Assembly (NCBI RefSeq): GCF_018350175.1
Contig: NC_058368.1
Coordinates: 83,950,001-84,014,000, forward strand
Length of the DNA: 64,000 nt
DNA from: Felis catus
Lineage: Eukaryota
Direction: 5' to 3'
Within the stretch, counting starts at the first letter, position 1; each line of letters opens with the position of its first letter. A program made the translations under genes and the position numbers. Of this stretch, positions 22,496-33,450 are shown piece after piece. The notes under the pieces are model-generated. The model saw nothing but the letters and a program-made list of their open reading frames with translations. It searched no databases and was not told the origin of the DNA.

Positions 22496-25400
22496 TTTTT
22501 TAATATAAATTTTATTGTTAAACTGGTTTCCATACAACACCCAGTGCTCATCCCAACAGGTGCCCTCCTCAATGCCCATCACCCATCCTCCCCTCCCTCC
22601 CACCTCCCATAAACCCTCAGTTTGTTATCAGTTTTTAAGAGTCTCTTATGCTTTGGCTCTCTCCCACTCTAACCTCTTTTTTTTTTTCCTTCCCCTCCCC
22701 CATGGGTTTCTGTTAAGTTTCTCAGGATCCACATAAGAGTGAAAACATATGGTATCTGTCTTTCTCTGTAGGACTTATTTCACTTAGCAAAACACTCTCC
22801 AGTTCCAACCATGATGCTACAAAAGGCCATATTTCATTCTTTCTCATTGCCAAATAGTATTCCATTGTGTACATAAACCACAATTTCTTTATCCATTCAT
22901 CAGTTGATGGACATTTAGGCTCTTTCCATAATTTGGCTATTGTTGAAAGTGCTGCTATAAACATTGGGGTACAAATGCCCCTATGCATCAGCACTCCTGT
23001 ATCCCTTGGGGAAATTCCTAGCAGTGCTATTGCTGGGTCATAGGGTAGATCTAGTTGTAATTTTTTGAAGAACCTCCACACTGTTTTCCAGAGTGGCTGC
23101 ACCAATTTGCATTCCCACCAACAGTGCAAGAGGGTTCCTTTTTATCCACATCTTTGCCAGTGTCTATGGTCTCCTCATTTGTTCATTTTTGCCACTCTGG
23201 CGTGAGGTGACATCTCAGTGTGGTTTTGATTTGTATTTCCCTGATGATGACTGACATTGAGCATCTTTTTCATGTGCCTGTGGGCCATCTGGATGTCTTC
23301 TTTAGAGAAGTGTCTATTCATGTTTTCTGCCCATTTCTTCACTGGGTTATTTGTTTTTCAGGTGCAGAGTTTGGTGAGCTCTTTATAGATTTTGGTTACT
23401 AGCCCTTTGTCCGATATGTCATTTGCAAATATCTTTTCCCATTCCGTTGGTTCCCTTTTAGTTTTGTTGATTGTTTCCTTTGCAGTGCAGAAACTTTTTA
23501 TCTTCATGAGGTCCCAATACTTCACTCTTGCTTTTAATTCCCTTGCTTTTGGGGATGTGTCAAGTAAGAAATTGCTGCAGCTGAGGTCAGAGAGGTTTTT
23601 TCCTGTTTTCTCATCTAGGGTTTTGATGGTTTCCTGTCTCACATTCCGGTCCTTTATCCATTTTGAGTTTGTTTTTGTGAATGGTGTAAGAAAGTGGTCT
23701 AGTTTCATTCTTCTGCATGTTGCTGTCCAGTTCTCCCAGCACCATTTGTTAAAGAGACTGTCTTTTTTACATTGGATACTCTTTAATGCTTTGTCAAAGA
23801 TTAGTTGGCCATACTTTAGTGGGTCCATTCTGGAGTCTCTATTTTTTTTTTTAATTTTTTTTCAACGTTTATTTATTTTTGGGACAGAGAGAGACAGAGC
23901 ATGAACGGGGGAGGGGCAGAGAGAGAGGGAGACACAGAATCGGAAACAGGCTCCAGGCTCTGAGCCATCAGCCCAGAGCCCGACGCGGGGCTCGAACTCA
24001 CGTACCGCGAGATCGTGACCTGGCTGAAGTCGGACGCTTAACTGACTGCGCCACCCAGGCGCCCCCTGGAGTCTCTATTTTATTCCATTGATCTATGTAT
24101 CTGTTTTTGTGCCAATACCATGCTGTCTTGATGATGACAGCTTTGTAGGAGAGGCTAAAGTCTGGGATTGTGATGCCTCCTGCTTTGGTCTTCTTCAAAA
24201 TTACGTTGGCTCTTCAGGGCCTTTTGTGATTCCATACAAATTTTAGGATTGCTTGTTCTATCTTTGAGAAGAATGCTGGTGCAATTTTGATTGGGATTGC
24301 ATTGAATGTGTAGATAGCTTTGGGTAGTATTGATATTTTGACAATATTTATTCTTCCAATCCATGAGCACGGAATGTTTTTCAAATTCTTTGTATCTTCT
24401 TCAACTTCCTTCATAAGCTTTCTGTAGTTTTCACACACAGATCTTTTACATCTTTGGTTAGGTTTATTCCTATGTATTTTATAATTCTTGGTGCAATTGT
24501 GAATGGGATCAGTTTCTTTATTTGTCTTTCCTTTGCTTCAGTATTAGTGTATAAGAATGCAACTGATTTCTGTACATTGATTTTGTATCCTGAGACGTTG
24601 ATGAAATTACGTATCAGTTTTAGCAGACTTTTGATGGAGTCTATCGTGTTGTCCATGCATAATATCATGTCATCTGCAAAAAGTGAAAATTTGACTTCAT
24701 GTTTGCCAATTTTGATGCCTTTAATTTCCTTTTTTTTTTTTTGTCTGATTGCTGATGCTAGAAGTTCCAACACTGTTAAACAACAGCGGTGAGAGTGGAC
24801 ATCCCTGCTGTGTTCCTGATCTCAGGGGTAAAGCTTTCAGTTTTTCCCCTTTGAGGATGATACTAGCTGTGGGCTTTTCATAAATGGCTTTTATGATGGT
24901 TAAGTATGTTCCTTCTATCCTGGTTTTCTCGGGGAGGTTTATTAAAAAGATTCTGAATTTTGTCAAATTCTTGTTCTGCATCGATTGACAGGATCATATT
25001 GTTCTTTTCCTTTTTTTATTAATGTGATGTATCACATTGATTGATTTGTGAATGTTGAACCAGCCCTGCATCCAAGGAATGAATCCCACTTGATCATGGT
25101 GAATAATTATTTTTATATGCTAATAAATTCTATTTGCTAGCATCTTGTTGAGAATTTTCCATCCATATTCATCAGGGATATTGGCCTCTAGTTCTCTTTT
25201 TTTGCTGAGTCTCTGTCTGGTTTGGGAATCAAATAATGCTGACTTATAGAATGAGTCTGGAAGTTTTTCTTCCCTTTCTATTTTTTGGAACAGCTTGAAG
25301 AAGGATAGGTATTATCTCTGCTTAAAACGTCTGGTAGCATTCCCCAGGTTCGCCATCTGGTCTGGGACTCTTGTTGGGAGGTTTTTGATAACTGATTCAA

Positions 25401-27845
25401 TTTCTTCGCTGGTTATGGGTCTGTTCAAGTTTTCTATCTTCCTATTTAAGTTTTGGAAGTGGGTGTCTGCTTAGGAATTTTTCCATTTCTTCCAGGTTGT
25501 CCAGTTTGTTGGCATATAATTCTTCATAGTATTCTCTGATAATTGTTTGTATTTCTTAGGGATCCATTGTAATAATTCCATTTTCATTCATGATTCTATC
25601 TATTTGGCTCATTTCCTTTTCTTTTTGCAAAGCCTGGTTACAGGTTTATCAATTTTGTTTATTTGTTCAAAAAACGAACTCTTGGTTTCATTGATCTGCT
25701 CTAGTTTTTTTAGATTCTATATTATTTCTGTTCTGATCTTTATTATTTCCCTTCTTCTGCTGGGTTTGGAGTATCTTTGCTGTTCTGTTTCTATTTCCTT
25801 TAGGTGTGCTGTTAGATTTTGTATTTGGGATTTTTCTTATTTCGTGAGATAGGCCTGGATTGTAATATTTTCCTCTCAGAACTGCCTTTGCTCATCCCAA
25901 AGCGTTTGGATTGTTGTATTTTCATTTTCATTTATTTTCATTTATTTTTTAATTTCTTGTCTAATTTCCTGGTTGACCCATTCATTCTTTAGTAGGGTGT
26001 TCTTTAACCTACATGCTTTTGGAGGTTTTCCAGACTTTTTCTTGTGGTTGATTTCAGGTTTCATAGCATTGTGGTCTGAAAGTGTGCATGGTATGATCTC
26101 AATTCTTGTATACTTATGAAGGGCTGTTTTGTGACCTTGTATGTGATCTATCTTGGGGAATGTTTCATGTGTACTTGAGAAGAAAGTATATTCTTTTGCT
26201 TTGGGATACAGAGCTCTAAATATATCTGTCAAGTCCATCTGATCCAATGTATCATTCAGGGTCCTTGTTTCTTTATTGGTCTTGTGTCTAGATGTTCTAT
26301 CCATTGCTCTAAGTGGGGTATTAAAGTCCCTTGCAATTACCACATTCTTATCAATAAGGTTGCTTATGTTTGTGATTGATTGTTTATATATATTTGGGGG
26401 CTCCCATATTCAGTGCATACACATTTATAATTGTTAGCTCTCCCTGATGGATAGACCCTGTAATTATTATATAATGCCCTTATTCATCTCGAGTTTGTCT
26501 GATATAAGTCTAGTTTGTCTGATATAAGTATGGCTACTCCAGCTTTCTTTTGATTTCCAGGAGCATCATAGTTCTCCATCCCTTCACTTTCAATCTCAAG
26601 GTGTCCTCAGGTCTAAAATGAGTCTCTCATAGACAGCAAATAGATGGGTCTTGTATTTTTATCCACTGTCATACCCTATGTCTTTTGACTGGAGCATTTT
26701 GTCCATTTACATTCGATGTTATTATTCAAAGATATGGATTTAGAGTCATTGTAATGTCTGTAGGTTTCATGCTTGTAGTGATGTCTCTGGTCCTTTGTGG
26801 TCCTTGCAACATTTCACTCACAGAATCCCCCTTTGGATCTCTTGTAGGGCTGGTTTAGTGGTGATGAATTCCTTCAGTTTTTGGTTTGTTTTTTTTTTTG
26901 GAAAACCTTTTTCTTTCATTCTATTCTGAATGACAGACTTGCTGGATAAAGGATTCTCAGCTGCATATTTTCCTGTTTATCACATTGAAGATTTCCTGAC
27001 ATTCCTTTCTGGCCTGCCAGGTTTCAGTAGATAGGTCTGCTACTACCCTTATGTGTCTACCATTGTAGGTCATGGCCTATATATCCCTAGCTTCTTTCAG
27101 AATTCTCTCTTTATACTTGTGTTTTGCCAGTTTCACTCTGATATGTCCTACAGAAGACTTATTCAAGTTACATCTGAAGGGAGTTCTCTTTGCTTCTTGG
27201 ATTTCAATGCCTTTTTCCTTCCCCAGATCAGGGAAGTTCTCAGCTATGATTTGTTCAAGTACACATTCAGGCCTTTTCTCTCTCTCTTCTGCTTCTGGAA
27301 TTCCTATGATACTGATATTGTTCTGTTTGCATCACTTAGTTCTCTAGTTCCCCCCTCATACTCCTGGATTTTTTTAATCTTTTTCTCAGCTTCCTCTTTT
27401 TCCATAATTTTAACTTCTAATTCACCTTTTCTCTCCTCCACTTCTTCAGTCCGTGCTACGGCCACCTTCCTTTTATTTTGCACCTCATTTATAGCATTTT
27501 TTAGCTCCTCATGACTATTTCTTAGTCCCTTGATCTGTACCAATAGATTCTCTGCTGTCCTCTATGCTTTTTTCAAGCCCCATGATTAATTTTATGACTA
27601 TTATTCTAAATTCTTATTCCATTATTGCTTAAATCGTTTTTGATCAATTTGTTATCTGTCGCCACTTCCTGGAGTTTCTTTTGAGGAGAATTCTTATGTT
27701 TCATCATTTTGGGTAATCCCTATGGTAGCTCCAAACTCCAGGGCACTTCCCTTTGTTGTCCAGAATAACTTGTGTTGGAGGATGGGGCTGCATTCAGACC
27801 CAATGTCTCTCCCCAGCCCACCACTGGGGCCACAGTCAGACTGAT
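22496..27845 (-). mobile_element. Felid L1 body (distal 5'UTR, ORF1, ORF2, 3'UTR, poly(A)), disabled
   Basis: ORF1 ATG ~27707, ORF2 ATG 26749 (MTLNPYL); fragments [36 protein letters not shown]; 3'UTR and poly(T) at ~22494-22740; many frameshifts. Confidence 0.96.
23842..24065 (-). mobile_element. Young Can-SINE inside L1 ORF2
   Basis: TSD CTGGAGTCTCTATTTT on both sides; CpGs intact. Confidence 0.97.
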
Positions 27846-27927
27846 GTGTCTCCCTCTGTCTGCCCCTCTGATGACTGCACTCTGTCTCTCTCATTGTGTC
27901 AAAAATAAATAAACATTAAAAAAAATT
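27846..27927 (+). mobile_element. 3' half of a Can-SINE fused to the L1 5'UTR
   Basis: TGTGTCTCCCTCTGTCTGCCCCTC..CAAAAATAAATAAACATTAAAAAAA without a SINE head. Confidence 0.85.
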
Positions 27928-27957
27928 TAGCTGTATGAGTTGGGTATTTTGGAGAAC

Positions 27958-28033
27958 TTAAAAAAAAATTCAGAGAAGGAAGATTGTAGGAATATCTTTA
28001 AAAAATTCAGAGAAGGAAGAATTGTAAGAATAG
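27958..28033 (+). repeat. ~39-bp imperfect tandem duplication
   Basis: AAAAAATTCAGAGAAGGAAGA(A)TTGTA(G/A)GAATA twice. Confidence 0.9.
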
Positions 28034-28819
28034 CCACTTGTTTCACTATACATGGCCAGATGAAATGTAGCTAAGTGTTCTAACTTCATTATTTTTTTAC
28101 TCTCTTGTCCCACAATATACCATTAATACTTTTTAATAATAGTACTTGTTACATTTACTTCCACCTTAAAATATTCCTTTCTTTAATAGTAGGTCACTCC
28201 TTGTCAGTCTTAGTAACTATGTGGAAAAATCCTTTTGAATTTGATCACTGTCTTCATACTGAGTCCATATTACTAAGCACAAAGATAAGAATAAGTGTTA
28301 AATTAGTTCAACAAATGGAATTTTTATGGAATGGAATTTTATGATTTTGTTTTAGAAATCAGCCTAATTTCCAGTGGGCCCAAAGTAGCCTCTGAAATTG
28401 TCACTGATCTTTTCTTACTGATTCAAAAAAGTAAAAAACAAACTTTGAATGAAAAAAAAATCAAGACTCCCATTTTGCAGGATAGAAAAATAATGGAATA
28501 TAATATCCAAGAAATTATGACATTCGAAAAAATGAATTTTTCAAAGGCAGATAAACATTTATTAATAGGTCACATCATAGTACACAAAATAAACCTAAAC
28601 AAATATATAATAGCTAAAATTATAATAATGATATAAGACTAGAAATTAATAGCATAAAAATTTAAACATTTCAGGAAAATACCTATTTATATGGAAAGCA
28701 AATGTACCTCTAAATAATCAACATACCAAAGAGGAGGTGTCAAATGAAAATCCTGAGAAAATAAAACTATCAATACTGAATTATTAATTCAGGTAAATTT
28801 TCCCTTAAAAGCAAGGGGA

Positions 28820-28995
28820 GGGGCACCTGGGTGGCTCCGTCTGTTAAGCAACAAACTCTTGGTTTCTGAATTCAAACCCCGTGTCTGGCTCTGTGCTGAT
28901 AGCATGGAGCCTGCTTGGGATTCTCTCTCTCCCTCTCTCTTACTGTTTCTCTCTCTTTCTGTCCCAAAAATAAATAAATAATAAACACTTTTCAG
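28820..28995 (+). mobile_element. Can-SINE (older, internally deleted)
   Basis: GGGGCACCTGGGTGGCTC head, GGAGCCTGCTTGGGATTCTCTCTC, AATAAA tail. Confidence 0.9.
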
Positions 28996-29038
28996 AAATA
29001 AAAGTAAGGAAAACATAAAATTTACTTTTTTTCTTTTT

Positions 29039-29440
29039 CACAGTGTAGTATCAATTAATTAAACATATGGCTAGTCCCATATACTCCTACACATATCTTT
29101 ACAAAAACATATCTTAAAGAAGACATTACTCGAAAGAAAGTTTATACACAGTATACTTTCAATGAGTTAAGTACAGGGCTATCCCCATATGATTTTACAC
29201 ATACCTTACAAAAACATATATCTTAATAAAAGAAGATGCTACTTGAAAGGTTGATACACAGTATAATTTCAATGAGTTAAGCATACAGCTATTCCTATAT
29301 GCTTTTACATGTAAATTTACAAATTCTTATATCTTAATGAAAGAAGATGTTACCTGAAAGATATTTTCTACATACTGTAGTTTTGTTAAATTAAGGAAAG
29401 CTCTATTCCCATATGTCTCTCTATATACACGTTTACAAAC
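29039..29440 (+). repeat. Diverged ~110-bp tandem repeat, ~3.6 copies
   Basis: Units start at 29039, 29147, 29257, 29371; each has CA(C/T)A.T.TA..TTAA..CTA..CC.ATAT..TTACAAA, and the first three continue ..ATATCTTAA..AAGAAGA..GAAAG. Confidence 0.92.
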
Positions 29441-29479
29441 TCATTAGGGAAACTATTATGCTTAATGCATAAATACACA

Positions 29480-30470
29480 AGGACCAGGAGCTTGGAAAAG
29501 AAGACAACAGCAATAAAGTTTTAGAAGCTGGAAAGCAGAAGCTTAAACAGTATTTGACTTATTAAAGCTTAAAAAAAGGCAAACTATTAGGTTGGCAATG
29601 GCTAATGCTCAGAAGGAAGTTAAATTATGCTGGAAGAAACTGCAAAAGCTTAAAGGAGGAGTAACCTGGTACATTAGTCGGACAGATTATTTTCAATGGA
29701 AACAGACCATTCCAAGGAGAATAACCAGAATACTGATTATTCTAGGGCTTCCCAAATGAATCATTGAAATCATAGTTCTGTGATGCTTACCAGTTAAGAT
29801 ATGCTTTTGCCGAAGATATCCTCATCAGCAAAAAATCAGGGGTCACCAGATTTTGAAGAAAATTTCTAAAATAGAAGATAGAAATCAAAAGAAATGAATA
29901 GAATTTTTTAAAAGAAAAAGTGTGTAATCAAAAGACTTTTTTGAAAGGGAATTCTGATTAAACTGCTCAGAGAGATAAGAACATAAGATGAGATATTAAA
30001 CTAGAACATGTTGTAAGAAATTTGGAGAAATAAAACTTAGTTTTGAACATTTAAATTAAGACACAGAAGATCATGAAATAGAATAAAAAGAGAAGGGATA
30101 TAGAAAGAAAGTGGAAAAGGTAATAAAGTTTGAGTTTTTGTTTGAGAGATTCAAGATGCAAATAAGAATTTCTGAGGAAAAGATTTGAAAAAAAATTTGG
30201 AAGTGAGAAAAATATTAAAGATGTACTTTAATATTTGCTGCAATTGAATGACTTGGATTTCAAGATTTAAAGTCCTCTCAATTGCTTAATACAGTTTATT
30301 AAAAGACCTGTCTAGACAAATATTTATGAAATTTTAACAAAAGTTCAAAATTTATAGCTTATAACCCTCTAGACGGAAAAATAGTTCATGCACAAATATG
30401 TACAATTTATATAACATTGTAATTCTGAGTAGATATACTGAATGTTAGAGGGTAAACCAGGTAAGCCGTC
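29480..30470 (+). mobile_element. Very old L1 (L1ME-like) 5'/ORF1 remnant
   Basis: A-rich, with degenerate ORF1-like blocks (GAATGACTTGGATTTCAAGATT, AGACAAATATTTATGAAATTTT). Confidence 0.45.
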
Positions 30471-31014
30471 AAAAATGGCTAATCACAGATTAGAGTGAAT
30501 GTGTAGGGGTAGGGGTGTCATTAATTGATGCATACAGAATACTGGTTATTCAGTCTTTACTCATCCACATTGACCAATTCAATTAAACAACCAGCTATAG
30601 AACAGCTATTATATGCTGCAAATTATAAGCATTAGAAAAGTGTAAATGAATCTGACATGTTTTCTCCATTCTAGTAACGCTAAGTCTGTAAAAGTAGTGG
30701 TAACAGTTGCTATTGTCATTATTCTTGCCATTGTTGGTTAATAGAATTAATTGTAGTTAACACATTAAGTGATTACTATTTGAACAACATCATGCTGACT
30801 ACATTTCATGTATTACCTACTAAACATGCTTAATTAAATTTCTAAACTGAATCTCAAATGGATATCTCAGGGTTGTCCTACAAATGCAATATCCTCAACT
30901 ATTTTATTAACCATTGTGTTCTCCAAGATCACTCTTCTCAAACTATTAACAAAACTTTCCTACTATTAGCTCATAGCAATTCTCCTCAATTCTAAACACA
31001 CCTAGAAAATAGAA

Positions 31015-32856
31015 GTCATCAAGATGGTGAGAGGAAGACCCTGAAATTGCTTCTTCCATGGAATGCACAAAATTGCACCTATTGATAGAACATTTCTTTT
31101 TGAAGAAGAATAAAAGGGTGAATTAAGAGCTTCCGTACAAGAATAGATAGAGGAAAAGGCAAAAGGAATAGCAAGAGAGATGGAGACGCAGTAACAAATG
31201 GGACCCCCACACCTGATACTATGAACTGAAGTGGGCAGGGATAGTACTGAGGGAGCTGGGGCAGACCAGTCTGTCCTTAGGCATAGAAAAACAAGGCTGA
31301 GGTTTAAAAGAGCAAGTATATAAAAAAAAAAAAGTCAGCTCCAGAACTCTGACAAATGGTGAATGAGCTTCTGGGATTCTCTCTGGGTGGGAGGGACGGC
31401 CACACGTTTTACAATCCACTTCCACCTTGAAAGAACAGGCCAGTGTAAAATCCAGTCCCCCTAACTGGCCTGCCACTTCAGTAAGCCATAGGACTCTAGC
31501 CAATACCAGCCCCAGCTGTCCAACCAGGACAGCTCTGGTTAGTATTAACTACAGCTTCAAGCTTTGTGCCAAGGTAACCCAGGCACAAAGCACATGGAAC
31601 ACTCCAAGGCCACACTACTTCAATTTCAGATGGCTTGCTAGGGCACCACAGCACAGAGTGCTCCAGAACCTCCCAGCTGACATCTGGTTTGGATCCAGCT
31701 TCCCCAACTAACAGAATATCCCCCACAGAATATCCACAAAATATTCCTGCCCATGTTGACCTTGGATCATTCACTCAGCCAGGACACTCTCTGTGCTGAG
31801 CACTCTAGGATACACTGACATGACCACTTCAGCTTCAGCTGTCCTACTATGGCACCAGGCACCACACCATACCACACCCACTTTAGCTACCCTGCCAGGG
31901 TGCCCTCAGCATGAAGCACCCCCAGAAACTCCCATTCTATACCTTGCCTCAAACCTAGTCACCATTCCAGTACACACTTTGCACAGATAGCTTTGGAGCA
32001 CCACTTCAAGTTCAGCTATCTTGCTGTTTCCTCTGTGCATATATCCCTGTCAACACCAGCTTGCATGAACTTCAGGCAAAGCTATACTTCCAGGGCAGCT
32101 TCTGCACAAATTCCAAGGATTCTTCAGCTCACACATTGTCTCAGCTCCAGCTGCCCTGCCAGGACACTCACTATGTGGAGCATCCTGAGATATACCAGAT
32201 TAAACCCACCTTAGATTTAGTTGTCTGTCAGGGTACCTTATGTGTGGAGAACACCATGATCTCTCGTCTTCACCTCCTTAAGTTTCAGCTGTCCTGCAAG
32301 GGCACCCTCTGTACAGGCAGTCTGTGGGCAATCCAGATAACACCTAGTTCAGCCTCAGCTATACTGCCAAGGTGCACTCTGCATTTTGAGACTTGGGACA
32401 CTCTAGCTGGTACCCACTTCAGTTTTAAAAGCACTGTTTGGAGAGCATAAGAATTATTCTGAACGATCCCCACTTCAGTTTTGGTGTTCCTTACAGAATA
32501 AATATAGCACAGAAAGCTCTAGGACCTCCAGCCCATGCCAGTCACAGATCCAGCCAGTCAACAACAATATGAAACTAAAGGTCAACCATAGGAAACAAAA
32601 TGTGGAAATACCACAAATACATGGAGGTTAAATAACATGCTACTAAACAATGAATGGGTCAACCAGGAAATAAAAGAAGAAATTAAAAAGTACATGGAAA
32701 CAAATGAAAATAAAAATACAATGGTCCAGGTCACTTAGGTGGCTCAGTCAAGCATCTAACTCTTGATTTCAGCTCAGGTCATGATTCCACAGCTTGTGAG
32801 TTCAAGCCCCGCATCAGGCTCCTTACTGTCAGTGTGGGACCTGCTTGAAATTTGTG

Positions 32857-32888
<32 letters not shown>

Positions 32889-33450
32889 GCCCCTCCCCCT
32901 GCACTCTCTGTCTCAAAATAAATAAACTTAATTTAAAAAAAAGAAAAAAAAAGAAAAGAAAATGCCATGGTCCAAAATCTTTGGAACCTTTTTGGGATGT
33001 GGCAAATGCAGGCTTAAGAGAGAGGCACATAGCACAACAGGTCTTCCTCAAGAAACAAGAAAAATCTCAAATAAAGAACCCAACCTTACACCTAAAGGAA
33101 CTAGAAAAAGAACAACAAATGGAGCCTAAATACAGCAGAAGAAAGGAAAAATGAAGATTAGAGCAGAAATAAATTATATAGAAACTACAAGAACAATAGA
33201 ACAGACCATCGACACCAGGGTCCAGTTCTTTGAAAAAAATGAAGTAAATTGATAGGCTTCTAGCCAGACTTACCAAAGAGAGAAAGAGACAGAGAGAGAG
33301 AAAGTACCCACATAAATAATATCACAGATGAGAGATGAGAAATAACTACCAACACCACAGCAATATACACAATCACAAGAGAATGTTATGAGAAACTACC
33401 AAAAAATTGAACAAACTTGAAGAAATGGATAAATTTCTATACATATAAAC
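31015..33450 (+). mobile_element. Older L1: 5'UTR with tandem array joined directly to mid-ORF2 (ORF1 and most of EN missing)
   Basis: CAAGATGG start at ~31020; array ~31500-32530; jump at ~32560 to [35 protein letters not shown]. Confidence 0.8.
32729..32958 (+). mobile_element. Can-SINE
   Basis: SINE head, (CT)n tract, A tail; degenerate TSD ..ATGGTCCA on both sides. Confidence 0.93.

Noticed and set aside
29039..29440. CRISPR-like array
   Set aside because: Mammalian DNA; whole units are homologous, with no unique spacers and no cas genes.
30560..30930. Possible L2/MIR remnants
   Set aside because: Too degenerate to support by eye; needs a profile search.
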